From IMG/VR virus record IMGVR_UViG_2660238147_000001: a stretch of 44,292 bases of DNA. One strand, 5' to 3'. The notes below the pieces were generated by a model. The model did not search any database. It saw only the letters and a program-made list of their open reading frames with translations, and was not told the origin of the DNA. The position numbers were made by a program, and so were the translations under genes. Each line of letters opens with the position of its first letter. Position 1 is the first letter of the stretch. This stretch comes from a virus. Its lineage: Duplodnaviria > Heunggongvirae > Uroviricota > Caudoviricetes. Below are positions 16,602 to 26,320 of this stretch, in pieces.

Positions 16602-16839
16602 TTTCACCAGCATATTTTTCTTCCAGTAATACCGCCAGCCACTTGAAAGAATTTTGTTGTTGCTGGGACCATTTGGGGTTGAGTGATTCAAGCTGGAGCG
16701 ATGCCAGTGTTGGTTGCATTTGTTCCTTGGGAATTGAGAATGCCAGATATGAAAATGCGACAGTAAGGGCATTTACATCATCCCGAAGCTTGGAAATGCA
16801 GTCGAGCAACTCCTGTAGAGAAATGGTGCTATTGTCCAT
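16567..16839 (-). CDS. Hypothetical protein encoded antisense within the lysis cassette
   Basis: 90-aa minus-strand frame from an ATG with a GAGAGGA Shine-Dalgarno 6 nt upstream; 3' end overlaps the preceding plus-strand gene by 35 nt; candidate own promoter (TTGAAT ... TACAAT) in 16846-16900 on the minus strand. Confidence 0.45.
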   Translation of the reverse strand: MDNSTISLQELLDCISKLRDDVNALTVAFSYLAFSIPKEQMQPTLASLQLESLNPKWSQQQQNSFKWLAVLLEEKYAGEITISAESSVNQ

Positions 16840-16944
16840 AAACAATCCTCTCTATTGTATTTAACTATTCCTTGCCTGATTCAACAGGCCGGGACAGATA
16901 AACATATCCAGGGTTCAGAAACCGATAAATCCTGATAAATATCC

Positions 16945-17478
16945 ATGAACGCAAAAATCAGATACGGCCTGTCGGCTGCCGTTCTGGCACTGATTGCCGT
17001 CGGTGCGCCTGCGCCTGATATTCTCGACCAGTTTCTGGATGAAAAAGAAGGTAACCACACAACGGCATACCGCGATGGTTCCGGTATATGGACCATCTGT
17101 CGTGGTGCCACAATGGTGGATGGTAAGCCCGTCATACCGGGAATGAGGCTGTCGAAGGAAAAATGCGACCAGGTTAACGCTATTGAACGTGATAAGGCGC
17201 TGGCATGGGTGGAGCGCAATATTAAAGTACCACTGACCGAACCACAGAAAGCGGGTATAGCGTCATTCTGTCCCTATAACATTGGCCCCGGTAAGTGTTT
17301 CCCGTCGACGTTTTATAAGCGGCTGAATGCCGGTGATCGTAAGGGCGCATGCGAGGCGATTCGCTGGTGGATAAAAGATGGTGGGCGCGATTGCCGCATA
17401 CGTTCAAATAACTGCTATGGACAGGTTATTCGTCGTGACCAGGAAAGCGCATTAGCCTGTTGGGGGATAGATCAGTGA
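16945..17478 (+). CDS. R: SAR endolysin (T4 lysozyme-like, GH24 family)
   Basis: 177-aa ORF with an N-terminal signal-anchor-release-like hydrophobic segment ([16 protein letters not shown]) and lysozyme-like core; pairs with a pinholin. Confidence 0.85.
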   Translation: MNAKIRYGLSAAVLALIAVGAPAPDILDQFLDEKEGNHTTAYRDGSGIWTICRGATMVDGKPVIPGMRLSKEKCDQVNAIERDKALAWVERNIKVPLTEPQKAGIASFCPYNIGPGKCFPSTFYKRLNAGDRKGACEAIRWWIKDGGRDCRIRSNNCYGQVIRRDQESALACWGIDQ

Positions 17479-17942
17479 GCAGAGTCGCAGCGATTATTTA
17501 TACTCTGGTTATCTGCACCATCGTCTGCCTGTCATGGGCTGTTAATCATTACCGCGATAACGCCATTACCTACAAAGCCCAGCGCGACAAAAATGTCAGA
17601 GAACTGAAGCTGGCGAACGCGGCAATTACTGACATGCAGATGCGTCAGCGTGATGTTGCTGCGCTCGATGCAAAATACACGAAGGAGTTAGCTGATGCGA
17701 AAGCTGAAAATGATGCTCTTCTGCGGAAGCTTGATAATGGTGGCAGGGTGCTCGTCAAAGGAAAATGCCCTGTGCCATCCTCAGCCGAAACCTCCAGCGC
17801 CTCCGGCATGGGCAATGATGCCACCGTCGAACTCTCTCCAGTTGCTGGACGAAACGTTCTCGATATCCGGGACGGAATTATCCGCGACCAAACAGCACTG
17901 AGAACGCTTCAGGAATACATTAGGACGCAATGCCTTCGATGA
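17475..17942 (+). CDS. Rz: Rz i-spanin
   Basis: GTG start overlapping the endolysin stop (GTGA); N-terminus [39 protein letters not shown] is near-identical to lambda Rz as I recall; C-terminus diverges. Confidence 0.8.
   Translation: MSRVAAIIYTLVICTIVCLSWAVNHYRDNAITYKAQRDKNVRELKLANAAITDMQMRQRDVAALDAKYTKELADAKAENDALLRKLDNGGRVLVKGKCPVPSSAETSSASGMGNDATVELSPVAGRNVLDIRDGIIRDQTALRTLQEYIRTQCLR
17695..17901 (+). CDS. Rz1: Rz1 o-spanin lipoprotein, embedded in +1 frame within Rz
   Basis: 68-aa ORF with lipobox LIMVAGC and proline-rich segment ([11 protein letters not shown]); AAGGAG Shine-Dalgarno; nested inside Rz as in lambda. Confidence 0.7.
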   Translation: MRKLKMMLFCGSLIMVAGCSSKENALCHPQPKPPAPPAWAMMPPSNSLQLLDETFSISGTELSATKQH

Positions 17943-18284
17943 TAGCAATAATTTTACTCATCATCCTTCACATCTGGCTCTGTAGACAGGGTGGTGATCA
18001 CTTCTGGAGTAAATCCAGATTAAACATCTCATTGCTGATGCTTGATATTGAGCATCTGGCGCGCAGTAAGGGGCTGCGTTGAGATAAGAGCCAGTTCATT
18101 ACAAATACCAGGATTTAGCCTCGCATTCGCGGGGCTTTTTATATCTGAATTTCACAGCGCATCTCACGCGCATATTAACGAGAGCCTTTCAGTAAGCGAG
18201 CCTGAGAAATGCCGTTATAGGTGGCGACCTCTCTCGGGCGGCTTTTCTGTGAGACAGGCTCACTTTCTAAAAGGTAAAGACGCT

Positions 18285-18809
18285 ATGAATAATCATTCAG
18301 TTATTCCAGCCTTCGACTTCCGAGAAATGGTGCAAGCCAAAAACGGAGAGGTCGTTACCACATCCAGAAAAATTGCCAAGTACTTCGGCAAGCGACACGG
18401 TGATGTTCTCAGGAAAATCGAGCAGGTTAAGGCTGATTGCTCGCGTGAGTTTAGCCAACGCAATTTTGCGTCGGCTGATTATATCGATGAGCAGGGCAAG
18501 GTTCGCCCGATGTACAGCCTGACGAAAGATGGCTGGATCATGGTTGTGATGGGGTTCACCGGGAAAGCTGCTGCGGCAATCAAGGAGAGCTATATCGCAG
18601 CATTCAACTGGATGGCAGAGCAACTGAGCCGCCGCATGGCAATTGGCGAAGAAATGCAGCACCGCTACGCCACCAAAGAAACACGCTCAAAGCTGAAAGG
18701 TACGATCGGCAGTCGGTTAATGAACGAACGGAAGAAAGAGAAGCGTGTCCTGGCTGTCGAGCATGAATACATCTTGCAGGTGACACAGCCTGAACTGCTG
18801 ATTAATTGA
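18285..18809 (+). CDS. Rha-family phage regulatory protein (antirepressor-like)
   Basis: 174-aa frame from the ATG at 18285 (internal to six-frame ORF 18042..18809); N-terminal region (VTTSRKIAKYFGKRHGDVLRKIEQ) typical of the Rha domain as I recall. Confidence 0.65.
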   Translation: MNNHSVIPAFDFREMVQAKNGEVVTTSRKIAKYFGKRHGDVLRKIEQVKADCSREFSQRNFASADYIDEQGKVRPMYSLTKDGWIMVVMGFTGKAAAAIKESYIAAFNWMAEQLSRRMAIGEEMQHRYATKETRSKLKGTIGSRLMNERKKEKRVLAVEHEYILQVTQPELLIN

Positions 18810-19111
18810 AGATGTCATTACAAAGCCTATCTACGGGGGGCTTGATAATGGCTTATACCCTGCACGGGATAACTTAACTGATATCCCTTTTAACGGATAA
18901 AGGTATTCAAGCCTGACACATCATGCGCTGTATCGTCGCCGTATTCCCGCATTAACCATGACCGTAGCCCGACGGGGAATTCCTTCTGCGTGAGTGTGCG
19001 GGAATAATCAAAAACGATGCACACCGGGTTATTAACGCGTCAACTGAACGCGGGGTTGCTCTTCATGTCAGCCAGTCCGGTGCAGGGGTAGAAGAAACCG
19101 GACGTTATGGT

Positions 19112-19522
19112 TTAGTGTGGAAACATTTGTGATGTGCTCTGTATGTTTTCAGTAAAGAGTAATGAATTATCAAAGGTATAGTAATATCTTTTTTGTTCGT
19201 GGATATTTGTAACCCACCGAAAAACTCCTGCTTTAGCAAGGTTTCTTCTGTATTCCTGAAATGTGATCTCTCTGGATTTCAGCTTATTAGAGGTCGTTTC
19301 TATAAGATGCCTATCCTTTGAAAATTTGACAGACACAATGTTTTTTAGGCCCTTTAATAACACTGTATTATCATTTTTTAATACAATATGAACATTCTCT
19401 GTGGCTAAATAGTAAATGTAATGTGAGACATTGTGACGTTTTAGCTCAGAATAAAACCATTGATAGTTTAAATCGTTTCGAACTTTATCAAATATTTGTT
19501 TAAAAATGACTACCTGATCCAT
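19112..19522 (-). CDS. Hypothetical protein, possibly DUF1398 (YbcV/YdfO-like)
   Basis: 136-aa minus-strand frame starting at the second ATG (GGAAGG Shine-Dalgarno); AT-rich; family assignment tentative. Confidence 0.45.
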   Translation of the reverse strand: MDQVVIFKQIFDKVRNDLNYQWFYSELKRHNVSHYIYYLATENVHIVLKNDNTVLLKGLKNIVSVKFSKDRHLIETTSNKLKSREITFQEYRRNLAKAGVFRWVTNIHEQKRYYYTFDNSLLFTENIQSTSQMFPH

Positions 19523-19579
19523 AGATAAACCTTCCATGTGATATGAGGGGGCGTAGTCTGCACGATTATCTAAATTGCT

Positions 19580-19813
19580 TCAATCTGGTCTGACCTGTTT
19601 TCTGAGCAATTCAGTAATGTCACTCTTTTCTTTGTTTGCTTCAGGAGAAACTCTTTTTTCTGAGCACAGTCTCCGGCGGCAGGCTTCAATGACCCAGGCT
19701 GAGAAATTCCCGGACCCTTTTTGATCAAGAGCGATGTTAATTTGTTCAATCATTTGGTTAGGAAAGCGGATGTTGCGGGTTGTTGTTCTGCGGGTTTTGT
19801 TCTTCGTTGACAT
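19580..19813 (-). CDS. YlcI-like small protein (possible ribbon-helix-helix regulator)
   Basis: 77-aa ORF MSTKNKTRRTTTRNIRFPNQMIEQINIALDQKGSGNFSAWVIEACRRRL... resembling DLP12 YlcI as I recall. Confidence 0.5.
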   Translation of the reverse strand: MSTKNKTRRTTTRNIRFPNQMIEQINIALDQKGSGNFSAWVIEACRRRLCSEKRVSPEANKEKSDITELLRKQVRPD

Positions 19814-20012
19814 GAGGTTGCCCCGTATTCAGTGTCGCTGATTTGTATTGTCTGAAGTTGTTTTTACGTTAAGTTGATGCAGATCAATTAATACGATACC
19901 TGCGTCATAATTGATTATTTGACGTGGTTTGATGGCGTAGATGCACGTTGTGACATATAGATGATAATTATTATCATTTTGCGGGTCCTTTCCGGCGATC
20001 CGACAGGTTACG

Positions 20013-20024
20013 GGGCGGCGACCT
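20013..20024 (+). other. cosN cohesive-end site (lambda-type 12-nt GGGCGGCGACCT), within a cos region spanning roughly 19990-20200
   Basis: Sequence GATCCGACAGGTTACG|GGGCGGCGACCTCGCGGGTTTTCGCTATTTATGAAAATTTTCCGG matches the junction of lambda right and left ends as I recall; immediately upstream of the Nu1-like terminase gene. Confidence 0.8.
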
Positions 20025-20207
20025 CGCGGGTTTTCGCTATTTATGAAAATTTTCCGGGAACCATGTCCGGTTTCTCTTCAAGTTAACTATATGAAAAATA
20101 AAAAAAGAGGTCTTCTGTGAACCGGGCATGCACAAAAAATAGACATGTAAGCCGGACATGACCGGTTTTGTTGTGATTGTGAAGTGAGAGTTTTTGCGAG
20201 GTGAGGA

Positions 20208-20717
20208 GTGGCTACGCAGACTGAAGTTGCCAGGCATTTAAGTCTGACCGATCGCCAGCTTCGCAGATTGCAGAAATTGCCGGGTGCCCCGATATCGAAT
20301 AAGCGAGGGCAACTGGATCTGGATGCCTGGCGCGATTTTTACATATCGTATCTGAGAAGAAGTAAAAACGATGTGCCTGATGGCGATAGCGAAGACGACT
20401 ATGAGGAGAAATTGCTTATTGCCAGATGGGAACTGACAGCAGAACAGGCTGTTACACAGCAGTTAAAAAATGAGGTGTCAAAAGGAAAACTTATTGATAC
20501 CGGGTTCTGTATTTTTGCTCTCAGCAAGCTGGCAATGGCGTTATCCAGTACGCTTGATTCCATCCCTTTATCCATGCAGCGACAGTTTCCTGATTTAACA
20601 CCGCGCCATCTTGACCATCTGAAAACCCTTATTGCGAAGGGGGCAAATCAGTGTGCGCGGGCGGGGGATAAATTACCGGATTTACTCGATGAATATATCA
20701 GAGCAACAACTGAATAA
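20208..20717 (+). CDS. nu1: Terminase small subunit (lambda Nu1-like)
   Basis: 169-aa ORF, GTG start after GAGG; C-terminal region (FCIFALSKLAMALSSTLDSIPLSMQRQFPDLTPRHLDHLK) resembles lambda Nu1. Confidence 0.85.
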   Translation: MATQTEVARHLSLTDRQLRRLQKLPGAPISNKRGQLDLDAWRDFYISYLRRSKNDVPDGDSEDDYEEKLLIARWELTAEQAVTQQLKNEVSKGKLIDTGFCIFALSKLAMALSSTLDSIPLSMQRQFPDLTPRHLDHLKTLIAKGANQCARAGDKLPDLLDEYIRATTE

Positions 20718-22617
20718 TATGATGAGTGCTGTCACAACAGCATTACAGCCCCTGATAAGGGCATTGCCGGTGACGCCAGTTGAATGGGCTGATCAAAATT
20801 ATTATCTGCCTAAAGAATCTTCATATGGTGAGGGAGAATGGAAAACGCTGCCGTTCCAGATCGCCATCATGAACAGCATGGGGAATGATCAGATCCGGAC
20901 TGTTAATCTGATTAAATCTGCCCGTGTTGGCTATACAAAGATGTTGCTGGGGGTGGTCGGGTATTTTATTGAGCATAAATCCCGAAACAGTCTGCTTTTT
21001 CAGCCCACGGATTCTGCCGCTGAAGATTTTATGAAGTCTCACGTGGAGGCGACGATTCGGGATGTTCCCTGCCTGAAAAAACTTTCTCCATGGCTGGGGC
21101 GTAAACATCGTGACAATACTCTCACGCTGAAACGCTTTTCATCGGGTGTGGGCTTCTGGTGCCTGGGCGGCGCTGCCGCCAAAAACTACCGTGAAAAATC
21201 CGTGGACGTGGTCTGCTATGACGAACTTTCCTCGTTCGAACCGGATGTCGAAAAAGAGGGTTCGCCAACCCTGCTTGGGGATAAACGTATTGAGGGCTCT
21301 GTATGGCCCAAATCCATTCGCGGCTCGACGCCTAAAATCAAAGGCACCTGCCAGATCGAAAAAGCGGCCAACGAGTCGGCGCATTTCATGCGTTTTTATG
21401 TGCCCTGCCCACACTGTGGGGAGGAGCAGTATCTGAAATTTGGCGATGAATCCACGCCTTTTGGCCTTAAATGGGAGAAGGACAGCCCCGAAAGCGTTTT
21501 CTACCTCTGTGAACATCATGGCTGCGTGATCCATCAGTCTGAGCTTGACCAGAGCAACGGGCGGTGGATCTGTGAAAACACGGGGATGTGGACCCGTGAC
21601 GGTCTGACGTTTTTCAGCGCCGCGGATAATGAAATTCCGCCGCCGCGCTCCATCACGTTCCATATCTGGACAGCGTACAGTCCATTCACCACCTGGGTAC
21701 AGATAGTCTATGACTGGCTGGATGCACTGAAAGATCCCAACGGCCTGAAAACCTTTGTGAACACCACGCTGGGCGAGACCTGGGAAGAGGCCGTGGGCGA
21801 AAAACTCGATCACCAGGTACTGATGGATAAGGTCGTGCATTACACGGCGGCGGTGCCTGCCCGGGTGGTTTATCTGACGGCGGGCATTGACTCGCAGCGA
21901 AACCGTTTTGAGATGTATGTCTGGGGATGGGCACCGGGAGAGGAAGCTTTTCTGGTGGATAAAATCATCATTATGGGGCGTCCTGATGAGGAAGAGACGC
22001 TGTTACGTGTGGATGCGGCGATCAACAAAAAATACCGCCATGCGGATGGCACCGAAATGACCATTTCCCGTGTCTGCTGGGACACCGGGGGGATCGATGG
22101 TGAAATCGTCTACCAGAGGTCAAAAAAACACGGTGTTTTCCGTGTGCTGCCGGTAAAAGGCGCGTCTGTCTATGGCAAGCCGGTGATCACCATGCCGAAA
22201 ACCCGCAATCAGCGGGGCGTTTATCTGTGTGAAGTGGGGACGGACACCGCAAAAGAAATTCTCTATGCCCGTATGAAAGCCGAGCCCACGCCTGCGGATG
22301 AAGCCACGTCGTATGCCATCCGTTTTCCTGATGATCCGGAGATTTTTTCGCAGACAGAGGCGCAGCAACTGGTCGCGGAAGAGCTTGTGGAGAAGTGGGA
22401 AAAAGGAAAGATGCGTCTGCTGTGGGATAACAAAAAGCGGCGTAACGAAGCGCTGGACTGCCTGGTGTATGCCTACGCGGCATTACGTGTGTCCGTGCAA
22501 CGCTGGCAGCTTGATCTGGCTGTACTGGCAAAATCCCGGGAAGAAGAGACGACCCGGCCAACCCTTAAAGAACTGGCAGCGAAGCTGTCCGGAGGAGTGA
22601 ATGGTTACAGTCGCTGA
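20689..22617 (+). CDS. A: Terminase large subunit (lambda gpA-like)
   Basis: 642-aa frame starting MNISEQQLNN; strong similarity to lambda gpA throughout (EWADQNYYLPKES, KSARVGYTKMLLG, VDVVCYDEL); start inside the 3' end of Nu1 as in lambda. Confidence 0.9.
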   Translation: MNISEQQLNNMMSAVTTALQPLIRALPVTPVEWADQNYYLPKESSYGEGEWKTLPFQIAIMNSMGNDQIRTVNLIKSARVGYTKMLLGVVGYFIEHKSRNSLLFQPTDSAAEDFMKSHVEATIRDVPCLKKLSPWLGRKHRDNTLTLKRFSSGVGFWCLGGAAAKNYREKSVDVVCYDELSSFEPDVEKEGSPTLLGDKRIEGSVWPKSIRGSTPKIKGTCQIEKAANESAHFMRFYVPCPHCGEEQYLKFGDESTPFGLKWEKDSPESVFYLCEHHGCVIHQSELDQSNGRWICENTGMWTRDGLTFFSAADNEIPPPRSITFHIWTAYSPFTTWVQIVYDWLDALKDPNGLKTFVNTTLGETWEEAVGEKLDHQVLMDKVVHYTAAVPARVVYLTAGIDSQRNRFEMYVWGWAPGEEAFLVDKIIIMGRPDEEETLLRVDAAINKKYRHADGTEMTISRVCWDTGGIDGEIVYQRSKKHGVFRVLPVKGASVYGKPVITMPKTRNQRGVYLCEVGTDTAKEILYARMKAEPTPADEATSYAIRFPDDPEIFSQTEAQQLVAEELVEKWEKGKMRLLWDNKKRRNEALDCLVYAYAALRVSVQRWQLDLAVLAKSREEETTRPTLKELAAKLSGGVNGYSR

Positions 22618-22795
22618 ACTGCAGGCGCGCCTTGATTTATTAACCGGTAAACGGGTGGTGTCTGTCCAGAAAGATGGACGAAGAATTGAATATACGGCGG
22701 CCTCTCTGGATGAGCTTAACCGGGCGATCAATGATGCGGAGTTGGTACTGGGGACAACCCGCCGTCGCCGTCGTCCGCTGGGAGTGAGGTTATGA
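22601..22795 (+). CDS. W: Head-tail joining protein (lambda gpW-like)
   Basis: 64-aa ORF resembling gpW (TGKRVVSVQKDGRRIEYTAASLDEL); start overlaps the A stop region. Confidence 0.85.
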   Translation: MVTVAELQARLDLLTGKRVVSVQKDGRRIEYTAASLDELNRAINDAELVLGTTRRRRRPLGVRL

Positions 22796-24384
22796 AACGA
22801 ACGCCTGTCCTGATTGATGTGAACGGCGTTCCGCTTCGTGAGAGTCTCAGCTACAACGGGGGCGGCGCAGGATTTGGCGGGCAAATGGCGGAGTGGTTGC
22901 CACCAGCGCAGAGTGCCGATGCAGCCCTGCTGCCTGCGTTGCGTCTGGGGAATGCCCGGGCAGATGATCTGGTGCGCAATAACGGGATAGCGGCTAATGC
23001 GGTGGCCCTGCATAAGGATCATATTGTCGGGCATATGTTTCTGATCAGCTACCGTCCGAACTGGCGCTGGCTGGGGATGCGGGAGACTGCGGCAAAAAGT
23101 TTTGTCGATGAGGTGGAGGCGGCCTGGTCGGAATACGCCGAAGGGATGTTTGGCGAGATCGACGTGGAAGGGAAACGCACGTTTACGGAATTTATCCGTG
23201 AAGGTGTGGGCGTTCATGCGTTTAACGGCGAAATCTTTGTGCAGCCGGTCTGGGATACGGAAACCACGCAGTTATTCCGTACGCGTTTTAAAGCCGTGAG
23301 TCCGAAACGGGTGGACACGCCAGGACACGGTATGGGGAACCGTTTTCTGCGGGCCGGTGTGGAGGTCGATCGATATGGTCGTGCCGTTGCGTACCATATC
23401 TGTGAGGATGATTTTCCGTTCTCTGGTAGTGGACGATGGGAACGGATCCCGCGTGAACTTCCCACCGGGCGTCCGGCCATGCTGCATATTTTCGAGCCGG
23501 TGGAGGACGGGCAGACCCGTGGGGCTAATCAGTTTTACAGCGTCATGGAACGGCTGAAGATGCTCGATTCCCTGCAGGCAACACAGCTTCAGTCGGCCAT
23601 AGTGAAGGCGATGTATGCAGCGACGATTGAAAGTGAACTTGATACCGAAAAGGCCTTTGAATATATCGCCGGCGCGCCACAGGAGCAGAAGGATAATCCG
23701 CTTATTAATATTCTGGAGAAGTTCTCCAGCTGGTATGACACGAATAACGTGACACTGGGCGGTGTCAAAATTCCGCACCTTTTCCCTGGTGATGATCTGA
23801 AACTACAGACAGCGCAGGATTCAGACAATGGATTTTCTGCGCTTGAACAGGCGCTGCTGCGGTATATCGCCGCCGGTCTTGGCGTTTCCTACGAACAGTT
23901 GTCCCGTGATTACTCGAAGGTCAGTTACTCAAGTGCCCGCGCCTCCGCCAATGAGTCGTGGCGCTATTTTATGGGGCGGCGAAAATTTATTGCGTCCCGG
24001 CTGGCCACGCAGATGTTTTCCTGCTGGCTGGAAGAGGCACTTCTTCGGGGGATTATTCGTCCGCCACGGGCACGTTTTGATTTTTATCAGGCGCGATCAG
24101 CCTGGTCACGGGCTGAGTGGATTGGAGCCGGAAGAATGGCCATTGACGGGCTCAAGGAGGTTCAGGAATCAGTGATGCGCATTGAGGCCGGACTGAGCAC
24201 GTATGAGAAAGAGCTGGCGCTGATGGGCGAGGATTATCAGGACATTTTCCGCCAGCAGGTCAGGGAATCTGCAGAGCGGGAAAAAGCCGGACTCTCACGT
24301 CCGGTGTGGATAGCGCAGGCGTATCAGCAGCAGATAGCGGAGAGTCGCAGGCCGGAAGAGGAGACAACACCACGTGAGACGTAA
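22792..24384 (+). CDS. B: Portal protein (lambda gpB-like)
   Basis: 530-aa ORF in the gpB position with lambda-like size; overlaps W stop (ATGA). Confidence 0.9.
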   Translation: MKRTPVLIDVNGVPLRESLSYNGGGAGFGGQMAEWLPPAQSADAALLPALRLGNARADDLVRNNGIAANAVALHKDHIVGHMFLISYRPNWRWLGMRETAAKSFVDEVEAAWSEYAEGMFGEIDVEGKRTFTEFIREGVGVHAFNGEIFVQPVWDTETTQLFRTRFKAVSPKRVDTPGHGMGNRFLRAGVEVDRYGRAVAYHICEDDFPFSGSGRWERIPRELPTGRPAMLHIFEPVEDGQTRGANQFYSVMERLKMLDSLQATQLQSAIVKAMYAATIESELDTEKAFEYIAGAPQEQKDNPLINILEKFSSWYDTNNVTLGGVKIPHLFPGDDLKLQTAQDSDNGFSALEQALLRYIAAGLGVSYEQLSRDYSKVSYSSARASANESWRYFMGRRKFIASRLATQMFSCWLEEALLRGIIRPPRARFDFYQARSAWSRAEWIGAGRMAIDGLKEVQESVMRIEAGLSTYEKELALMGEDYQDIFRQQVRESAEREKAGLSRPVWIAQAYQQQIAESRRPEEETTPRET

Positions 24385-25879
24385 TCTTTCACACATTATT
24401 GCAGCAGCATTCAATGAACCGCTGCTTCTGGAGCCCGCCTATGCGCGGGTTTTCTTTTGCGCGCTCGGGCGCGAGATGGGGGCAGCAAGTCTTTCGGTAC
24501 CACAACAGCAGGTACAGCTTGATGCACCCGGAATGCTGGCTGAAACGGACGAGTACATGGCCGGAGGTAAACGACCGGCCCGTGTTTACCGGGTGGTGAA
24601 CGGTATTGCGGTACTGCCGGTGACCGGCACGCTGGTGCACCGGCTGGGGGGGATGCGGCCATTTTCCGGAATGACTGGCTATGACGGCATTGTCGCCTGT
24701 CTTCAGCAGGCAATGGCAGATAGCCAGGTGCGGGGCATACTGCTGGACATTGACAGTCCGGGCGGGCAGGCCGCCGGCGCGTTTGACTGCGCTGACATGA
24801 TTTACCGCCTCCGGCAGCAGAAGCCGGTCTGGGCACTGTGTAATGACACGGCCTGTTCTGCAGCCATGCTGCTGGCGTCGGCCTGCTCCCGACGGCTGGT
24901 TACCCAGACATCCCGTATCGGCTCCATTGGCGTGATGATGAGCCATGTCAGCTATGCCGGTCATCTGGCGCAGGCCGGTGTGGATATCACGCTGATTTAT
25001 GCCGGGGCGCACAAGGTGGATGGCAATCAGTTTGAAGCGTTGCCGGCAGAGGTTCGCCAGGACATGCAGCAGCGGATTGATGCGGCGCGCCGGATGTTTG
25101 CCGAAAAAGTGGCGATGTATACCGGTCTGTCTGTTGATGCCGTCACGGGAACAGAGGCTGCCGTTTTTGAAGGTCAGTCCGGCATTGAGGCCGGGCTGGC
25201 GGATGAATTAATCAATGCGTCGGATGCCATCAGTGTGATGGCCACGGCGCTGAACAGTAATGTCAGAGGAGGCACTATGCCGCAATTAACTGCAACGGAA
25301 GCCGCCGTGCAGGAGAACCAGCGAGTGATGGGGATCCTGACATGCCAGGAAGCGAAAGGACGTGAACAGCTTGCCACGATGCTGGCAGGGCAACAGGGCA
25401 TGAGCGTTGAACAGGCCCGGGCGATTCTGGCCGCGGCGGCACCGCAGCAGCCGGTGGCATCCGCACAGAGTGAAGCCGATCGCATTATGGCGTGTGAAGA
25501 AGCGAACGGTCGTGAACAACTGGCGGCAACGCTGGCGGCGATGCCGGAGATGACGGTGGAAAAAGCCCGCCCGATCCTGGCTGCTTCACCGCAGGCGAAT
25601 GCCGGGCCCTCACTTCGTGATCAGATCATGGCACTGGATGAGGCAAAAGGGGCTGAGGCGCAGGCTGAACAGCTGGCTGCCTGCCCGGGAATGACTGTGG
25701 AGAGCGCCCGGGCTGTGCTGGCTGCGGGATCAGGTAAGGCAGAACCGGTCTCTGCATCCACAACCGCCCTGTTTGAACATTTCATGGCGAACCATTCACC
25801 GGCTGCGGTCCAGGGGGGCGTGTCACAGGCGTCAGAAGACGGTGATGCGGACGTGAAAATGCTCATGGCCATGCCATGA
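24374..25879 (+). CDS. C: Prohead protease gpC (S49 family) with in-frame Nu3-like scaffold region
   Basis: 501-aa ORF; N-terminal region matches lambda gpC (AFNEPLLLEPAYARVFFCAL, GMTGYDGI, SIGVMM); C-terminal region has three tandem copies of the Nu3-type motif; GTG start overlapping B. Confidence 0.85.
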   Translation: MRRNLSHIIAAAFNEPLLLEPAYARVFFCALGREMGAASLSVPQQQVQLDAPGMLAETDEYMAGGKRPARVYRVVNGIAVLPVTGTLVHRLGGMRPFSGMTGYDGIVACLQQAMADSQVRGILLDIDSPGGQAAGAFDCADMIYRLRQQKPVWALCNDTACSAAMLLASACSRRLVTQTSRIGSIGVMMSHVSYAGHLAQAGVDITLIYAGAHKVDGNQFEALPAEVRQDMQQRIDAARRMFAEKVAMYTGLSVDAVTGTEAAVFEGQSGIEAGLADELINASDAISVMATALNSNVRGGTMPQLTATEAAVQENQRVMGILTCQEAKGREQLATMLAGQQGMSVEQARAILAAAAPQQPVASAQSEADRIMACEEANGREQLAATLAAMPEMTVEKARPILAASPQANAGPSLRDQIMALDEAKGAEAQAEQLAACPGMTVESARAVLAAGSGKAEPVSASTTALFEHFMANHSPAAVQGGVSQASEDGDADVKMLMAMP

Positions 25880-25915
25880 AGTCAGTGCTGAACATCAATA
25901 CGAGGTTTTAACAAT

Positions 25916-26263
25916 ATGGTGACGAAAACCATCACTGAACAGCGTGCGGAAGTACGTATTTTTGCCGGTAATGATCCGGCTCACACCGCCACAGGCAGCA
26001 GCGGGATTTCCTCGGCAACACCGGCACTGACACCCCTGATGCTGGATGGGGCCACCGGGAAACTGGTGGTCTGGGACGGACAGAAAGCCGGTAGTGCGGT
26101 TGGCATACTGGTACTGCCGCTTGAAGGCACAGAGGCGGTGCTGACGTATTACAAGTCGGGGACCTTTGCGACGGAGGCAATCCGCTGGCCTGAAAGTGTG
26201 GATGAACACAAAAAGGCCAACGCCTTTACCGGCAGTGCCCTGAGTCACGCGGCGCTGCCGTAA
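25916..26263 (+). CDS. D: Head decoration protein (lambda gpD-like)
   Basis: 115-aa ORF resembling gpD (DPAHTATG, TPLMLD, YKSGTF). Confidence 0.85.
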   Translation: MVTKTITEQRAEVRIFAGNDPAHTATGSSGISSATPALTPLMLDGATGKLVVWDGQKAGSAVGILVLPLEGTEAVLTYYKSGTFATEAIRWPESVDEHKKANAFTGSALSHAALP

Positions 26264-26320
26264 CACGTTATCAGGCCACCGCGTTGGCCTGACTGATTTC
26301 TTAATGAAAGGAACTGATTT

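Noticed and set aside
18042-18284. N-terminal 81-aa extension of the Rha-like ORF given in the track
   Set aside because: The upstream portion contains a terminator-like hairpin and lacks a ribosome-binding site; the ATG at 18285 with an upstream AAGG is the more plausible start.
17943-19111. bor lipoprotein gene downstream of Rz
   Set aside because: No lipoprotein-like ORF on the minus strand in this interval; the slot holds a Rha-family regulator gene instead.
21139-21840. 233-aa minus-strand ORF inside the terminase large subunit gene
   Set aside because: Antisense to a strongly lambda gpA-like coding sequence; no ribosome-binding site; typical GC-rich shadow frame.
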